In this document: positions 1-10,075 of the stretch, piece after piece | Position numbering within the stretch: the stretch's first letter is position 1 | How the letters are laid out: each line of letters begins with the position of its first letter | NCBI GenBank assembly: GCA_963710755.1 | Contig: CAVQBK010000006.1 | Coordinates: 96,001-160,000 of the forward strand | Origin: an uncultured bacterium | GTDB taxonomy: Bacteria > Oederibacteriota > JAAXVQ01 > JAUVAV01 | Direction: 5' to 3' | DNA length: 64,000 nt | Position numbers and translations under genes: made by a program | Notes under the pieces: model-generated | Databases searched by the model: none | The model's input: only the letters and a program-made list of their open reading frames with translations | Told to the model about the DNA's origin: nothing

Positions 1-1327
1 GGCGTTCGACTTCGTCGACAATAAGCTTTTGTTCAGCTAAAGACGGCAGTGGAATAGGTAGATTCTTTATTTCTTCTAAGCTAAAATTAGCTCTAGCCAC
101 ATCAACTTTTCTTAAATTAATTTGTTTCTGTGCATTGTATGACAAAATCCAAATTAGCGAATAACGGTTAAGAATCGTTTTTTCGATCAATCTGATCACA
201 GCAACTGCTTGATTAACATTTCCATTTTCAATTTCAGGCCCAGCAATTGCTGCTCTCCCGATCGAGGCTCCTACAATATTTAGAAGAACATCGCCATTGA
301 GTAATATTGATTTATTTTCCTTTTCATTGAATTTATAAGGAAGACGTGAAATCGTACTCAAATCTAAATATCCCCAACGGACATTTTCGCTTCTAATGAA
401 GACAATGCCTTCCTCTGCATACTCAAATCCCTGCCAACGTGGTGACGAACCTTTTGTAATCAAACTACTTATTTGTTCTATAATTCCCCACGTCCACCCT
501 TCCGACAACTCTGGCAGGTCGGTTGTATCGGGCACTTTGGGTTCGACATACTTTTTATTCTTTCCGGTTTTCTTCTGCTGCTCTTCAAAAGCTTTTTTGC
601 GTTCTATCAGGATTCGTTTTAGCAATTCTTCGCCTGTTTCGTACGTCCTGCCTTCTTTCTTAGCCAGTTCTGCTTCTGTCGGCACCAGCTTCCCTTCGCA
701 GGCTGCTTTGAGGACTGAGGCGCGGTAGCGTTTGAGTTTGGTCTGAATACTCTTTAGGGCTGCCACCCCGGCATCCAGACGAGTGAATTGCTTTTCGATT
801 TCTTCGACAATGCGGTGTTGTTCTGGGAGAGGTGGAACAGGCATAGGAATAGTACTTAAGTTTTTTCTAGAAATTCTTTTTCGTGTCGAGCCAGATTGAC
901 GAGATTCAATTACGGTTCTAAATGGCAATGCGTTCACAATGTGTGATAACCATTTGTTATTAATTTTTGTTTTATTAGGCCGAACTATACATACATCAAC
1001 TACAGTTACTGCTTCTTTTTCATCACCTGGAAAAACACATGATCTGCCTAACGGTTCTGGCATCCGAGCAATTAATACATCACCAGGTTTAATAAATGTA
1101 CACCTTAACTCTTCAGCCTTACCTCTAGTCAAAAACCTTGATGATTTATCTCTATAAGTTCCATCACCAATATCCGCCAACTGTATTAATCTTACATCAC
1201 CATTGGGATCTTGGTCTTTAGATTCAACCCAATCACCATCACAAAAAACACCATCATCTCCAATTATTTCTGGCAATGAGCTCCAACTCCAATTTTCAGG
1301 CAATTTATATTCACCAAAATTTTTCAC
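1..1327 (-). CDS. hsdS: Type I restriction-modification specificity subunit HsdS (3' end runs off window)
   Basis: Translated by hand; not in the ORF track. GTG at 1327-1325 gives MKNFGEYKLPENWSW...GDVLIARMPEPLGR...PVPPLPEQHRIVEEIEKQFTRLDAG...YRASVLKAACEGKLVP...LPIPLPSLAEQKLIVDEVER. This is two TRDs with conserved PPLxEQxRIV helices, open to position 2. Confidence 0.93.
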   Translation of the reverse strand, partial: MKNFGEYKLPENWSWSSLPEIIGDDGVFCDGDWVESKDQDPNGDVRLIQLADIGDGTYRDKSSRFLTRGKAEELRCTFIKPGDVLIARMPEPLGRSCVFPGDEKEAVTVVDVCIVRPNKTKINNKWLSHIVNALPFRTVIESRQSGSTRKRISRKNLSTIPMPVPPLPEQHRIVEEIEKQFTRLDAGVAALKSIQTKLKRYRASVLKAACEGKLVPTEAELAKKEGRTYETGEELLKRILIERKKAFEEQQKKTGKNKKYVEPKVPDTTDLPELSEGWTWGIIEQISSLITKGSSPRWQGFEYAEEGIVFIRSENVRWGYLDLSTISRLPYKFNEKENKSILLNGDVLLNIVGASIGRAAIAGPEIENGNVNQAVAVIRLIEKTILNRYSLIWILSYNAQKQINLRKVDVARANFSLEEIKNLPIPLPSLAEQKLIVDEVER

Positions 1328-1365
1328 GCCACCAGCACCTCATTCAATTCTTCCAATAAACTATC
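1324..1365 (-). repeat. Duplicated hsdR 3' end (remnant DSLLEELNEVLVA*) directly upstream of hsdS
   Basis: tcacgccaccagcacctcattcaattcttccaata (1324-1358) matches 2450-2484 with one mismatch. Similarity continues to about 1365/2491. Confidence 0.9.
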
Positions 1366-1606
1366 TTATTTTTCCCAAAACCAGCTTGAAACCCTGACCA
1401 TTTTGTTAACATCAACAAACATGAATGTTCAAGGAAACCACAGGTTTCCCTGACGCAAACGCCAATGCGTTTTGCTTCTCTTCCTATCTTCGTCGGGGTG
1501 CTTCGCCCCCAAGCCCCCGCCTCATATTCTAGGATGAGGCATGGTATTTCTTGATCATGTTGTTGAAACCAACACGATTATCATTTTATAATAATTTGAC
1601 ATTGGT

Positions 1607-2440
1607 CTATTTACTCTCTCTGTTTTCTTTTTTTCCTTCGAGCTTTTTTATGCCCTGGTGATCGCTTAAGAGTCTCATCTGTTGAATTGCTATCCGGTTT
1701 AGTTTCACAAGTCTCTCGCTCTGCGGCAACCCCTCGCTGATAAAATGCGCATTGAGATTTTCCAGATTTGATAGACATACTAACTGAGACATGTCTGCGT
1801 CATCACGGATATTCCCCTGCTTAGCCGGATTCACATCGCGCCATTGTTTGGCAGTTTTTCCAAACAAAGCAATATTAAGCACATCTGCTTCAGAGGCATA
1901 TAGTTGATTAATTTGCCGTTTTGAAAGCTCATCAGGAATCAGATTCCCTTTAATCGCATCCGTATGGATACGGTAATTGATTTTTGCCAAATTTCTTTTG
2001 ATATCCCACCCGAGTTGCTTTCGTTCCTCCTCTTTTAAACGTTGGAATTCCTTAATTAGATACAGTTTGAATTCCGGAGAAATCCACGAGGCAAATTCAA
2101 ACGCAATATCCTTATGTGCGTATGTTCCGCCGTATCTGCCTGCTTTTGCCACAATTCCCCTGGAATGTGTCTTTTCTACCCATTGTTTTACGGATAGAAC
2201 AAACCGGTTTAAACCTGCCTGGTTTTTAATTCCCTCGAATTCGGGGGAATTAAAATCAGGGTTATACATTTCTTCCCAAATACCTAAAAACTCTATCGTG
2301 TTTTTATTCCTAAGCCATTTTTCAATCAGCGCAAGACCGTTCTCAACATCCTTGACCATATCCGTAAGCGAAATAAAATCCTCTTCATTTTTAGAAATAA
2401 TGGTTATTTCTTTCCCTTGGACATCAATTTTTCCAGTCAT
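1607..2440 (-). CDS. KilA-N domain DNA-binding protein
   Basis: ISLTDM...IEKWLRNKNTIEFLGIWE...KAGRYGGTYAHKDIAFEFASWISPEFKLYLIKEFQRLK is the typical KilA-N family signature. RBS AGGAG upstream. Confidence 0.88.
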   Translation of the reverse strand: MTGKIDVQGKEITIISKNEEDFISLTDMVKDVENGLALIEKWLRNKNTIEFLGIWEEMYNPDFNSPEFEGIKNQAGLNRFVLSVKQWVEKTHSRGIVAKAGRYGGTYAHKDIAFEFASWISPEFKLYLIKEFQRLKEEERKQLGWDIKRNLAKINYRIHTDAIKGNLIPDELSKRQINQLYASEADVLNIALFGKTAKQWRDVNPAKQGNIRDDADMSQLVCLSNLENLNAHFISEGLPQSERLVKLNRIAIQQMRLLSDHQGIKKLEGKKENRESK

Positions 2441-2449
2441 TTTCTCTCC

Positions 2450-5241
2450 TCACGCCACTAGCACCTCATTCAATTCTTCCAATATCCTATCCAATCCATC
2501 ACCAAACACCTGATGGGCTTTGCCTAATCCGCCTTGCTGGCTGAATGGTGCATAATCAAAGTCATCGGTCTCGATAGTCAACGTTGTTGCGATATGCTCT
2601 TTGATCAGGTTTAACCATGCTAGCTGTTCTTGGGTAAAGGTTACTCCTTCTTTGGCTTTGTCCATCATCCACTCGTTAAACCGCTCGGTGACGGACTCGG
2701 CAAAGGGTCGAAGTATTGGCTGCCGGGCTAATGAAAAGCGTATGATAGAAACCAGATCAGCAAAGCGTCCTACCTGGGATTTGCCGTTTACTTTTTCAGG
2801 CATAATGATGCCAAAAGCATTCCAGATATTTTCTTCGTTCCAGGTAGTATTGCTTTCTTTCAGCTTTGCTTCCAGTTCTTTTAACATGGTTTCTGTAAGC
2901 CGCTGGCTATAGGGCCGGCTGTACAGAATTTGCAAGGCCGTGATTTCTTCTTTGTGCTCTTCGATATATTCTTTGAAGGAGCTGATCATATTCTCTGCTT
3001 TTTCTCTGGCTGCTGCGTCAAAGCCTTGCTCCAATACGACATCAGCAGTTACTGTATCAATGGTTTGTTCTAACTGCTTTTTCATATTAATCAGCTTGTC
3101 CCTGAGCACAGGATCATCAAAAGCTTTGCAAGCTTCTGCTATTAATGCCTGCTTGGCTTTTTCGTAATCTTCATCACCAACTTCAGATCTGGAAGCATCT
3201 TTTTTTCCGGTTGCTTTCTCGACGATGCTATCCGATTCCAGGGCATTTAATAAATCCCCTGATAATTGCGCCAGACTCTTTCCTTTGGATACCTGATGCA
3301 AGTCTTCCCGCTGTTTGGGACTTATTTCCCGATCCAGTTTGGCCAGCCTTCCGGCTAATGATAGCAAAGTATCTTCATCGCGTTTGCCAAAGGCCACACC
3401 CAACAAAAGCTTATCAAAGGCTACACTGCGTTTTCTTTCCAATGGTCTGGAATCGGTTTTGTCACTCTCACAAACACCTATGGCATCAACAATATAAAAC
3501 TGGGTTTTAGCTCTGGCATCCGCACCACTGACCGCCTGCAATTCGGTTGATGATACCACACGGGTTCCGCGGCCTTTCATTTGTTCAAAGTACACCCGGC
3601 TTTTGACATCACGCATAAAGATCAAGACTTCCAGGGGTTTGATATCTGTGCCGGTGGCAATCATATCTACCGTCACAGCAATTCGTAATTGCGGTGATGT
3701 CCGAAATTCCTGGATAAGGTGTTCTGATTTTTCATAACGTCCGGTTTCAGGATTATAGGTTTTGTAGGTGATCTTTTTGCAAAAGTCATTGCCTTTGCCA
3801 AAAACTTCGCGACAGATCTGTACAATATCTTCAGCATGGGAATCATCTTTGGCAAAAATCAAAGTCTTGGGCAGCATGGTCCGATGCGGGAAAAGCTCGG
3901 TAAACACCGCCTCTTTGTAGGCTTGCAAAATGGTTCGGATTTGAGATGGCACCACCACTGAGCGATCCACTTCTTTTTCCGAATAAGCCAAGTCCTCGTC
4001 CAGTTGTTCCCAGCGCCTGGAGCGATCGAGCTTGCTCCGCTTATCAACATAAAAACCTTTTTCAACCGAACCGCCTTGCTCGGTTACCTGGGTTTTAATA
4101 CGATAGACCTCATAACCGACATTAACCCCATCCGCTACGGCACGCTCATGGCTGTATTCGGTTACCAAATTTTGATTAAAATAACCAATGGTCTGCCTGG
4201 ACGGTGTGGCTGTTAAGCCAACAATGAAGGCGTCAAAATATTCCAGCACCTGTCGCCATAGGTTATAGATTGAGCGATGGCATTCATCAGTAATAATAAA
4301 ATCAAAGGTTTCAATCGGGATTTCCGGATTATAGACTACTTCCTTGGGCCGGTTATCAGCAATGCTGATTTCAGCAGCAGAGATATCATCCAGGTCCTCT
4401 TCCAGCTCTTCTCCACGAAGCATGGAATATAGCCGCTGGATAGTACATATGGTCACCTTACAGACTTTATCCAGTTGATTGGACTTCACATGCTGTACAT
4501 TATAAAGTTCGGTAAATTTACGGTTGTTGTCGGGGGTGACATATAAATCAAACTCGCCTTTAGCCTGTTTGCCCAGATTGGAACGATCTACCAGAAATAA
4601 GATCCGTGTAGCATTAGCGTGCTTGATTAAGCGATAGACTAATGAACAGGCTGTATAGGTCTTGCCGCTACCTGTGGCCATTTGTAGTAAAGCTTTAGGG
4701 TGGTTATATTTAAAGGATTGTTCCAGATTTTTAATGGCATCTATCTGGCATTGACGCATGCCTGTTGTGTTTAAAGGATGTTTATCAAGCATTTGGTTGA
4801 GTAGATTACGAAGGGTAGTATCTTCCGTCAGCCATTCTACCAATGTTTCCGGCCGGTGAAAGCTATATACTCGTCTGGAACGGGCATCCCGATCTCTTTC
4901 ATCACGAAAAAAGGTCTCTACACCGGTTGACTCGTAAAAAAAAGGCATTTGCCCTAAGTTCTTCAGAAAATCGGGTAATTGTTTGCCGTAATAGGCGGAT
5001 TGTTCTGCCACCCCGGATAGGGTTTGACCTACTTTTTTGGCTTCAATGACACCCACAGGCTTACGGTCAACGATGAGCAGATAATCGCATACGCCGGACG
5101 CCAACGGTACTTCACGGAGTACAATGCCCAAGAGGCACCAAGATTCATGTCTTTGTAATCCTGAACCTGCCATCCAGCCTGGGTTAGCATCTTATCGATT
5201 TGTTCTCTAGCTTCCTGCTCTGGTTGTTGGTTAGGCGTCAT
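2450..5241 (-). pseudogene. hsdR: Type I restriction endonuclease subunit R (EcoAI/EcoEI-like) with a 1-bp frameshift near 5130
   Basis: Nuclease motif DYLL...VIEAKK, Walker A QMATGSGKT, DECH, helicase motifs and an EcoEI-R-like C-terminus. The natural N-terminus MTPNQQPEQEAREQIDKMLTQAGW (ATG 5241) is in another frame; adding one T at 5130-5131 fuses both parts into about 930 aa. Confidence 0.85.
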
Positions 5242-5366
5242 TAGTTGTTCTTTCGTTTGTTTTGTCACTGCTTATTTATGAAGATAATACAAAAAATAAC
5301 TTCCGCATATTATATCGAGTAGCTACTTGTTCTACTACTGCTTTTTCCCCTCCAGCAGACCAAGAA

Positions 5367-5460
5367 TTTCAGTTTTGTATTGGGGACGTGTATTGTGGAC
5401 GGGGTCAACTAACTCAACATCTGTTGGTCGCCGGAGTCACTTTGACACCTTTGGCCATTT
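5367..5460. repeat. Repeat A copy 1 (direct repeat of 8387-8466)
   Basis: tgtattggggacg...ggggtcaactaactcaacatctgttggtcgccggagtcactttgacacctttggccattt is near-identical to 8387-8466. This copy has a 13-bp internal tandem duplication (5376-5401). Confidence 0.9.
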
Positions 5461-5541
5461 CAGACCTTGCTCAATATCTAAGAATCATTTTCTAATTATT
5501 TAATTATTATCGGATGGTTTTTGTAGGGATTGAGTGAGATG

Positions 5542-5615
5542 AATATTTTTGATGATTTTCGGGTACTCATAAAGGGCACCCCTACCGTGGACGGATAGTT
5601 GATGTATCCACTTTT
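5542..5615. repeat. Repeat B copy 1, containing a GTAG-type REP-like hairpin
   Basis: aatatttttgatgattttcgggtactcataaagggcacccctaccgtggacggatagttgatgtatccactttt is near-identical to 6717-6789. The minus strand reads GTAG-GGGTGCCC-TTTAT-GAGTACCC. Confidence 0.9.
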
Positions 5616-5713
5616 TGGAGAACTCCGGTTAATTGCCTTCTTGCCATCGACCCTCAACACTAAAAGTATCAAAGTACCGCCGGGCCCCATCATGTGAACA
5701 TTTCCACTCCAAC

Positions 5714-6621
5714 TTATTCTTCTCCGAAATAATCTGTATCAATACGTTTAATTTCGTAGGTCATTGCTGTTGCTACACCGAGACTATAATCTATCATTAG
5801 ATTTGCTAGTGTTCGACCATCAATTAAGATCACTTTAGGATCAATTGTATTTACATAATCAAGTGCATCTTCTGAAAAACGTCCAGTTGTAATAAAAACT
5901 CCTTTTTTGGCTCGTTTCCCATGTAATGCTCCAACAAATTTTTGAATTTCAGGTCGGCCGACTGTTCCTTCCCATCTTTTTGCCTGTAAATAAATAATAT
6001 CAAGCCCAAGCTTATCTTCTTTTATAATACCATCGATACCCTCATCGCTAGATTTCCCTATCGCTTTACCTGCATCACTATGGGAACCACCGTAACCCAT
6101 TGCCACCATTAGATCAACTACCAGCGTTTCAAAAAAAGAAGGCGAGTTGGACTTAACTATCGATAATATTTCAGCAGCTAATTCACTTCTTATACTACCA
6201 TATGCTTTTTGCAGCACCTCTTCAGGTGTTTCCGTGGAATGGACTTCTTCAACTTTATCTACTTCAGTTCCATTTTTACCAGCGGTGTGAAACTCAACAA
6301 ATTCAGGATATTGCTCGAGGACTTTTATATCTATTCTATCATGCCCCTAGACAGCAATTCTTGACCACGTTTGGTTATTTGAAAACAACCTCTACGGGTT
6401 GCTGCCAAAACTTTTGCCTGTATAAAATAACTCTTTGCCCAGGCAGCACGATTACCAAATTTGGTTTGTGTCCCGCTTGGCAAGCGCTCTGATATAGTTT
6501 CTTGATCAAGATTCATTTTTTCAGCAATTACTTTTCTGGCTTCTCCAATTGAATGTTCACCATTATCAGCTGCAAGTTCAAGTAGCGGTTTAAAGAAGGA
6601 CTGGAAATCAGGTACTTTCAT
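5714..6621 (-). pseudogene. mrr: Mrr family type IV restriction endonuclease, split by a 1-bp frameshift at 6344-6347
   Basis: N-terminal Mrr_N (MKVPDFQSFFKPLL...LPSGTQTKFGNRAAWAKSYF) and C-terminal Mrr_cat (FFETLVVDLM...DEGIDG...IYLQAKRW) are in different frames. One extra G in the G4 run restores RGHDRIDIKVLEQYPEF and about 302 aa. Confidence 0.88.
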
Positions 6622-6716
6622 TTTTATTTCTCCCATTAAAGTTATTAACCGTCAACTCGACGATATACTTTTTTTAAAGTTACACTACTCCCCATTGACT
6701 AATGGGGGGCATTACA

Positions 6717-6789
6717 AATATTTTGATGATTTTCGGGTACTCATAAAGGGCACTCCTACCGTGGTCGGATAGTTGATGTGTCCACTTTT
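6717..6789. repeat. Repeat B copy 2
   Basis: Direct repeat of 5542-5615 with only a few differences. Confidence 0.9.
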
Positions 6790-6882
6790 CGTAGGAAGAT
6801 CACTCCGGCCCCTATCAAAGAACGTGGCAGGCTTCTTCTTTACTATTTTTTCATTTTGTCAATATCTTAGTCCCCCATTTCC

Positions 6883-7782
6883 TTACAGTGACGATCTAGC
6901 TGCAGCTCTATACGACTCAGGTTCATCTTTTATCAACTCAATTAAATAACGACGTCTATCCAGAACTTCCAACAATCCCATAATTTGTTTATCTTCTACC
7001 ACCAATTTTCCGTCCACTGGTTTCAGCTCGACCTTAGTTTTTGCGCAAAGCTGCTCAAGCTTTTTTTTATCGATGTCTTTCAATCTTTTTCTTGTACGAA
7101 TCGAGGCCAAATATCTGGCTGCCCGTGGGTGTTCTAATGCATAGGATTGAATATTTTCAAAATCAATAAAATTAATTTCTTTTTTAATTTTTATGATATT
7201 TTTAGGAACTGCCGCTTTGATTGCTTCTTGAAGTTGCCCAATAAATTCAAATCCGCTGGGCCTTAAAATATATACATTTTCTTTGTCTACAATCAAATCA
7301 AAATCCGCATCCAGTTTAAAAACATTATCCTCAATTATTTTTAAAGCATCTGATAAAAGTTTAATTAATTTATTCTTAAGAATCCCTTTAAATTGAGCTG
7401 CCCTTCTAACAGCAGTAAGACGATTTCTTTTTCTATCTATGAATCTAACAAAATAACAAAACATATCATCAGTTTCATTCAATACATTAGAATTATTTGT
7501 TAAATTATTAGCATGGTGTAATTGTTTGAACCAACTGGCATGCTCATCATTAATCGGTAAATAAACGTATTCAGCACTTCCATACTTTTCAGAGGGGTCA
7601 TATACCGCAGGTTCGGAGTCGTTCGTATTCATATTCTCCCAAGTGGTTATAGCCATTTCTTCCAAAGCTTCTTGAACACTCTTATCTGTTACAACACCAT
7701 AAATTGTTCGCCCATCTCCATCATCTTGACCAATACCAAACTCCGTAGTCACAATGTTGCTGAAGTCGAAATGCAATTTCAT
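6883..7782 (-). CDS. kwaB: Kiwa anti-phage system protein KwaB (DUF4868-like)
   Basis: 299-aa soluble protein with FKLDADFDLIV...FEFI and LLEVLDRRRY segments resembling DUF4868. ATGA overlap with the upstream membrane gene, in a defence island. Confidence 0.75.
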   Translation of the reverse strand: MKLHFDFSNIVTTEFGIGQDDGDGRTIYGVVTDKSVQEALEEMAITTWENMNTNDSEPAVYDPSEKYGSAEYVYLPINDEHASWFKQLHHANNLTNNSNVLNETDDMFCYFVRFIDRKRNRLTAVRRAAQFKGILKNKLIKLLSDALKIIEDNVFKLDADFDLIVDKENVYILRPSGFEFIGQLQEAIKAAVPKNIIKIKKEINFIDFENIQSYALEHPRAARYLASIRTRKRLKDIDKKKLEQLCAKTKVELKPVDGKLVVEDKQIMGLLEVLDRRRYLIELIKDEPESYRAAARSSL

Positions 7783-8345
7783 TGTTTCACCTCCAAAGCT
7801 ACAGTATCGCTCAAGCGATAAACTGTTACGCTGTCGCCCTCAGTCAAATAAGAACGTTTAGTGATAAGAACCTGGCTTCCTTTCCCAGTTAATGGATTTC
7901 CATCTTGTGGCGCTCGAATTGTGAAAACACGATATTTAAAAACTGCAAAGATTAAGTTCATATAATGTAAATTTAGATGCCAAAACAAGAATAATATAAA
8001 AGCAAGTGCAGTCAATGCTGCTGAAAAATCACGCCAATTGTTGAAATCTGCAGCATAAAAAGGCAAAAGCATTGCAAATAAATAAACCAGTAAATGTTCC
8101 CGGTGATCCTCAGCTTTGCCGATTACTAACTGTTTTGTTTCATTATTTTTTTTTGCCACCAAATATCTTGCCCACAGGAACAAATTAGGCAATATTACCA
8201 ATCCAGTACAGAAACCCAAAAACCAACAATCGGGAATTAAATTGTTTCCACGGATAGCCCAAATAATGAACAAGGGTGATATGCTACTTAACACCATTAA
8301 GAATCTAGCTATTTTTAACCCTTCAACATGTTGTTTCTTGCCCAT
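7779..8345 (-). CDS. kwaA: Kiwa anti-phage system membrane protein KwaA
   Basis: 188 aa with about 4 TM segments (SSISPLFIIWAI; EHLLVYLFAMLLPF; LHYMNLIFAVFKYRVF), translationally coupled to the KwaB-like gene. Confidence 0.72.
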   Translation of the reverse strand: MGKKQHVEGLKIARFLMVLSSISPLFIIWAIRGNNLIPDCWFLGFCTGLVILPNLFLWARYLVAKKNNETKQLVIGKAEDHREHLLVYLFAMLLPFYAADFNNWRDFSAALTALAFILFLFWHLNLHYMNLIFAVFKYRVFTIRAPQDGNPLTGKGSQVLITKRSYLTEGDSVTVYRLSDTVALEVKQ

Positions 8346-8386
8346 TTAACTCCCCCCAACTGGTCGGCCTCTTTGGGCGTTCGGTC

Positions 8387-8466
8387 TTTCAGTGTGTATT
8401 GGGGACGGGGTCAACCAATTCAACATATGTTAGTCGCCGGAGTCACTTTGACACCTTTAGCCATTT
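8387..8466. repeat. Repeat A copy 2
   Basis: Direct repeat of 5367-5460, just upstream of kwaA. Confidence 0.9.
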
Positions 8467-8717
8467 ACACTGCTCCCCAAGGAACATGCATATTGTATAG
8501 GAACGGCATCATTGGATTAAAAGATAACAATGGTGAGCCTGCTCTTATGTTTCTATATTGAAGTAAGGCGACTTGGTTTGGCCACAATGATTTAATAAAA
8601 TGCCGTAACGGCGATGGCCCTTTATCCCTCAATGACGGTTTCACCTGATTATCCTGGATTATTTCGCTTGGTAATATTATGATGGCCGCCATTAATTTAT
8701 GAAAGCAGGGCGGGTTT

Positions 8718-9905
8718 ATGCCGGTTCACCGGACGGTTGCAGCCAACATTTGGAAGTCCTATCTCATCCGCATGCTCTTCTGGATGCATTTTGTGGCTGC
8801 GGTCATTGTGCCTTTTTACACCCAATGGGGCCATCTGCCCTTTTCCCGGATTTTGCTTATCAATGCCTGGTTTATGCTGTGGATGTTTATGTTTGAGGTG
8901 CCCACCGGCACTGTTGCCGACGTTCTGGGGCGCAAGCCGTCCCTGTTCATGGGCGCGGTCATTTCCATTTTGGGCACTTTGGTCTATGTCAGCCGTCCCA
9001 GCTTTTATATTTTCCTGCTGGCCGAGTTGATATTGGCCTGCGGTTATTCCCTGATATCCGGTGCCGAAGAAGCCTTGGCCTACGATTCCCTGCTGATGCT
9101 TAATCGTGAGGCTGAGTCCAAAAAAGTCCTGGCCCGCATGGAATCTTTTAAGCTGACCGGGATTATCATCGGTGCCCTGGCAGGCGGGGTGATCGCCAAA
9201 TACTTTGGCCTGCGCATGCCCATGCTTATGCAAGCCGTGCCGCTGCTGGCTGCGGCTTTACTGATTCTCAGCCTGAAAGAACCGGTCCGTCATGATGGCC
9301 ATAAAAAACCTCCTTACCTCGACCTCTTAAAAGCCGGGTGGCGACAGTTCCGGTCCAACCGGGTCATCCGGATTTTGATGCTGGATATGGTGGCGGTCGG
9401 CGCCTGGGTTTGGCTGATCATCTGGTTTTACCAGCAACTCTTGAAGCTGGCCCATGTGGATATTGTTTGGTTTGGATTGGTGCATACCCTGATGTGCGTG
9501 GCTCAGATCATGGTCCTGGAAAGTGTTCGTAAGCTGGAAACTTTTTTAGGCGGCAAGCGCTCGCTGCTCATGGTCCTGGCTTTGGTGTCCGGGGTAGGCT
9601 TTATTCTTCTCGGATTTCTGAAAAACCCCTGGCTGATAGCCGCGGTTATTGTGGTAACGTCCGGTTTCGGACTGGCCCGGGGGCCGCTTTTTATCAATTA
9701 TCTGAATAAATTCATCTCATCCGATAAGCGGGCAATCATGCTCTCCATGGTGTCCATGCTGCGCACCCTGACCATTGTGATGGTCAATATCCTGGCTGGT
9801 CTGGCCGCGGATCATTCCATCACGCTGACCATGGTGGGCGTTGGGGTCGCGATCATTGTTCTGGTGACTGTTTCCAAAGTGAGAGAAGATCATTTGTTGG
9901 ATTAG
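8718..9905 (+). CDS. MFS transporter
   Basis: About 12 hydrophobic segments, MFS motif A FEVPTGTVADVLGRK, and SGAEEALAYDSL. Confidence 0.9.
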   Translation: MPVHRTVAANIWKSYLIRMLFWMHFVAAVIVPFYTQWGHLPFSRILLINAWFMLWMFMFEVPTGTVADVLGRKPSLFMGAVISILGTLVYVSRPSFYIFLLAELILACGYSLISGAEEALAYDSLLMLNREAESKKVLARMESFKLTGIIIGALAGGVIAKYFGLRMPMLMQAVPLLAAALLILSLKEPVRHDGHKKPPYLDLLKAGWRQFRSNRVIRILMLDMVAVGAWVWLIIWFYQQLLKLAHVDIVWFGLVHTLMCVAQIMVLESVRKLETFLGGKRSLLMVLALVSGVGFILLGFLKNPWLIAAVIVVTSGFGLARGPLFINYLNKFISSDKRAIMLSMVSMLRTLTIVMVNILAGLAADHSITLTMVGVGVAIIVLVTVSKVREDHLLD

Positions 9906-10075
9906 GGGCACGGAGCCTGTGACCATGGGAGGGGCGACTGTTTTTGAACCAGCTTTCCCTGTATCCGCCTGCTTGCGGGAACTGTTCTTCCCGTGGGCGC
10001 AGTTGCCGGTCCAGGAGGCCGTTGGTGGGGTGAGTCAGGCTGATGGCAGGGCTGGCCGGAGATGTGCGGGAGCGA

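Noticed and set aside
5029-5268. 79-aa ORF as a separate gene
   Set aside because: It is the frameshifted N-terminus of hsdR. Likewise 6331-6636 belongs to mrr and 25365-25547 to DUF559.
5367-8466. Repeats A/B as integron attC sites or a CRISPR array
   Set aside because: No RYYYAAC...GTTRRRY boxes at gene ends and no integrase. There are only two copies of each, separated by whole genes, and no cas genes.
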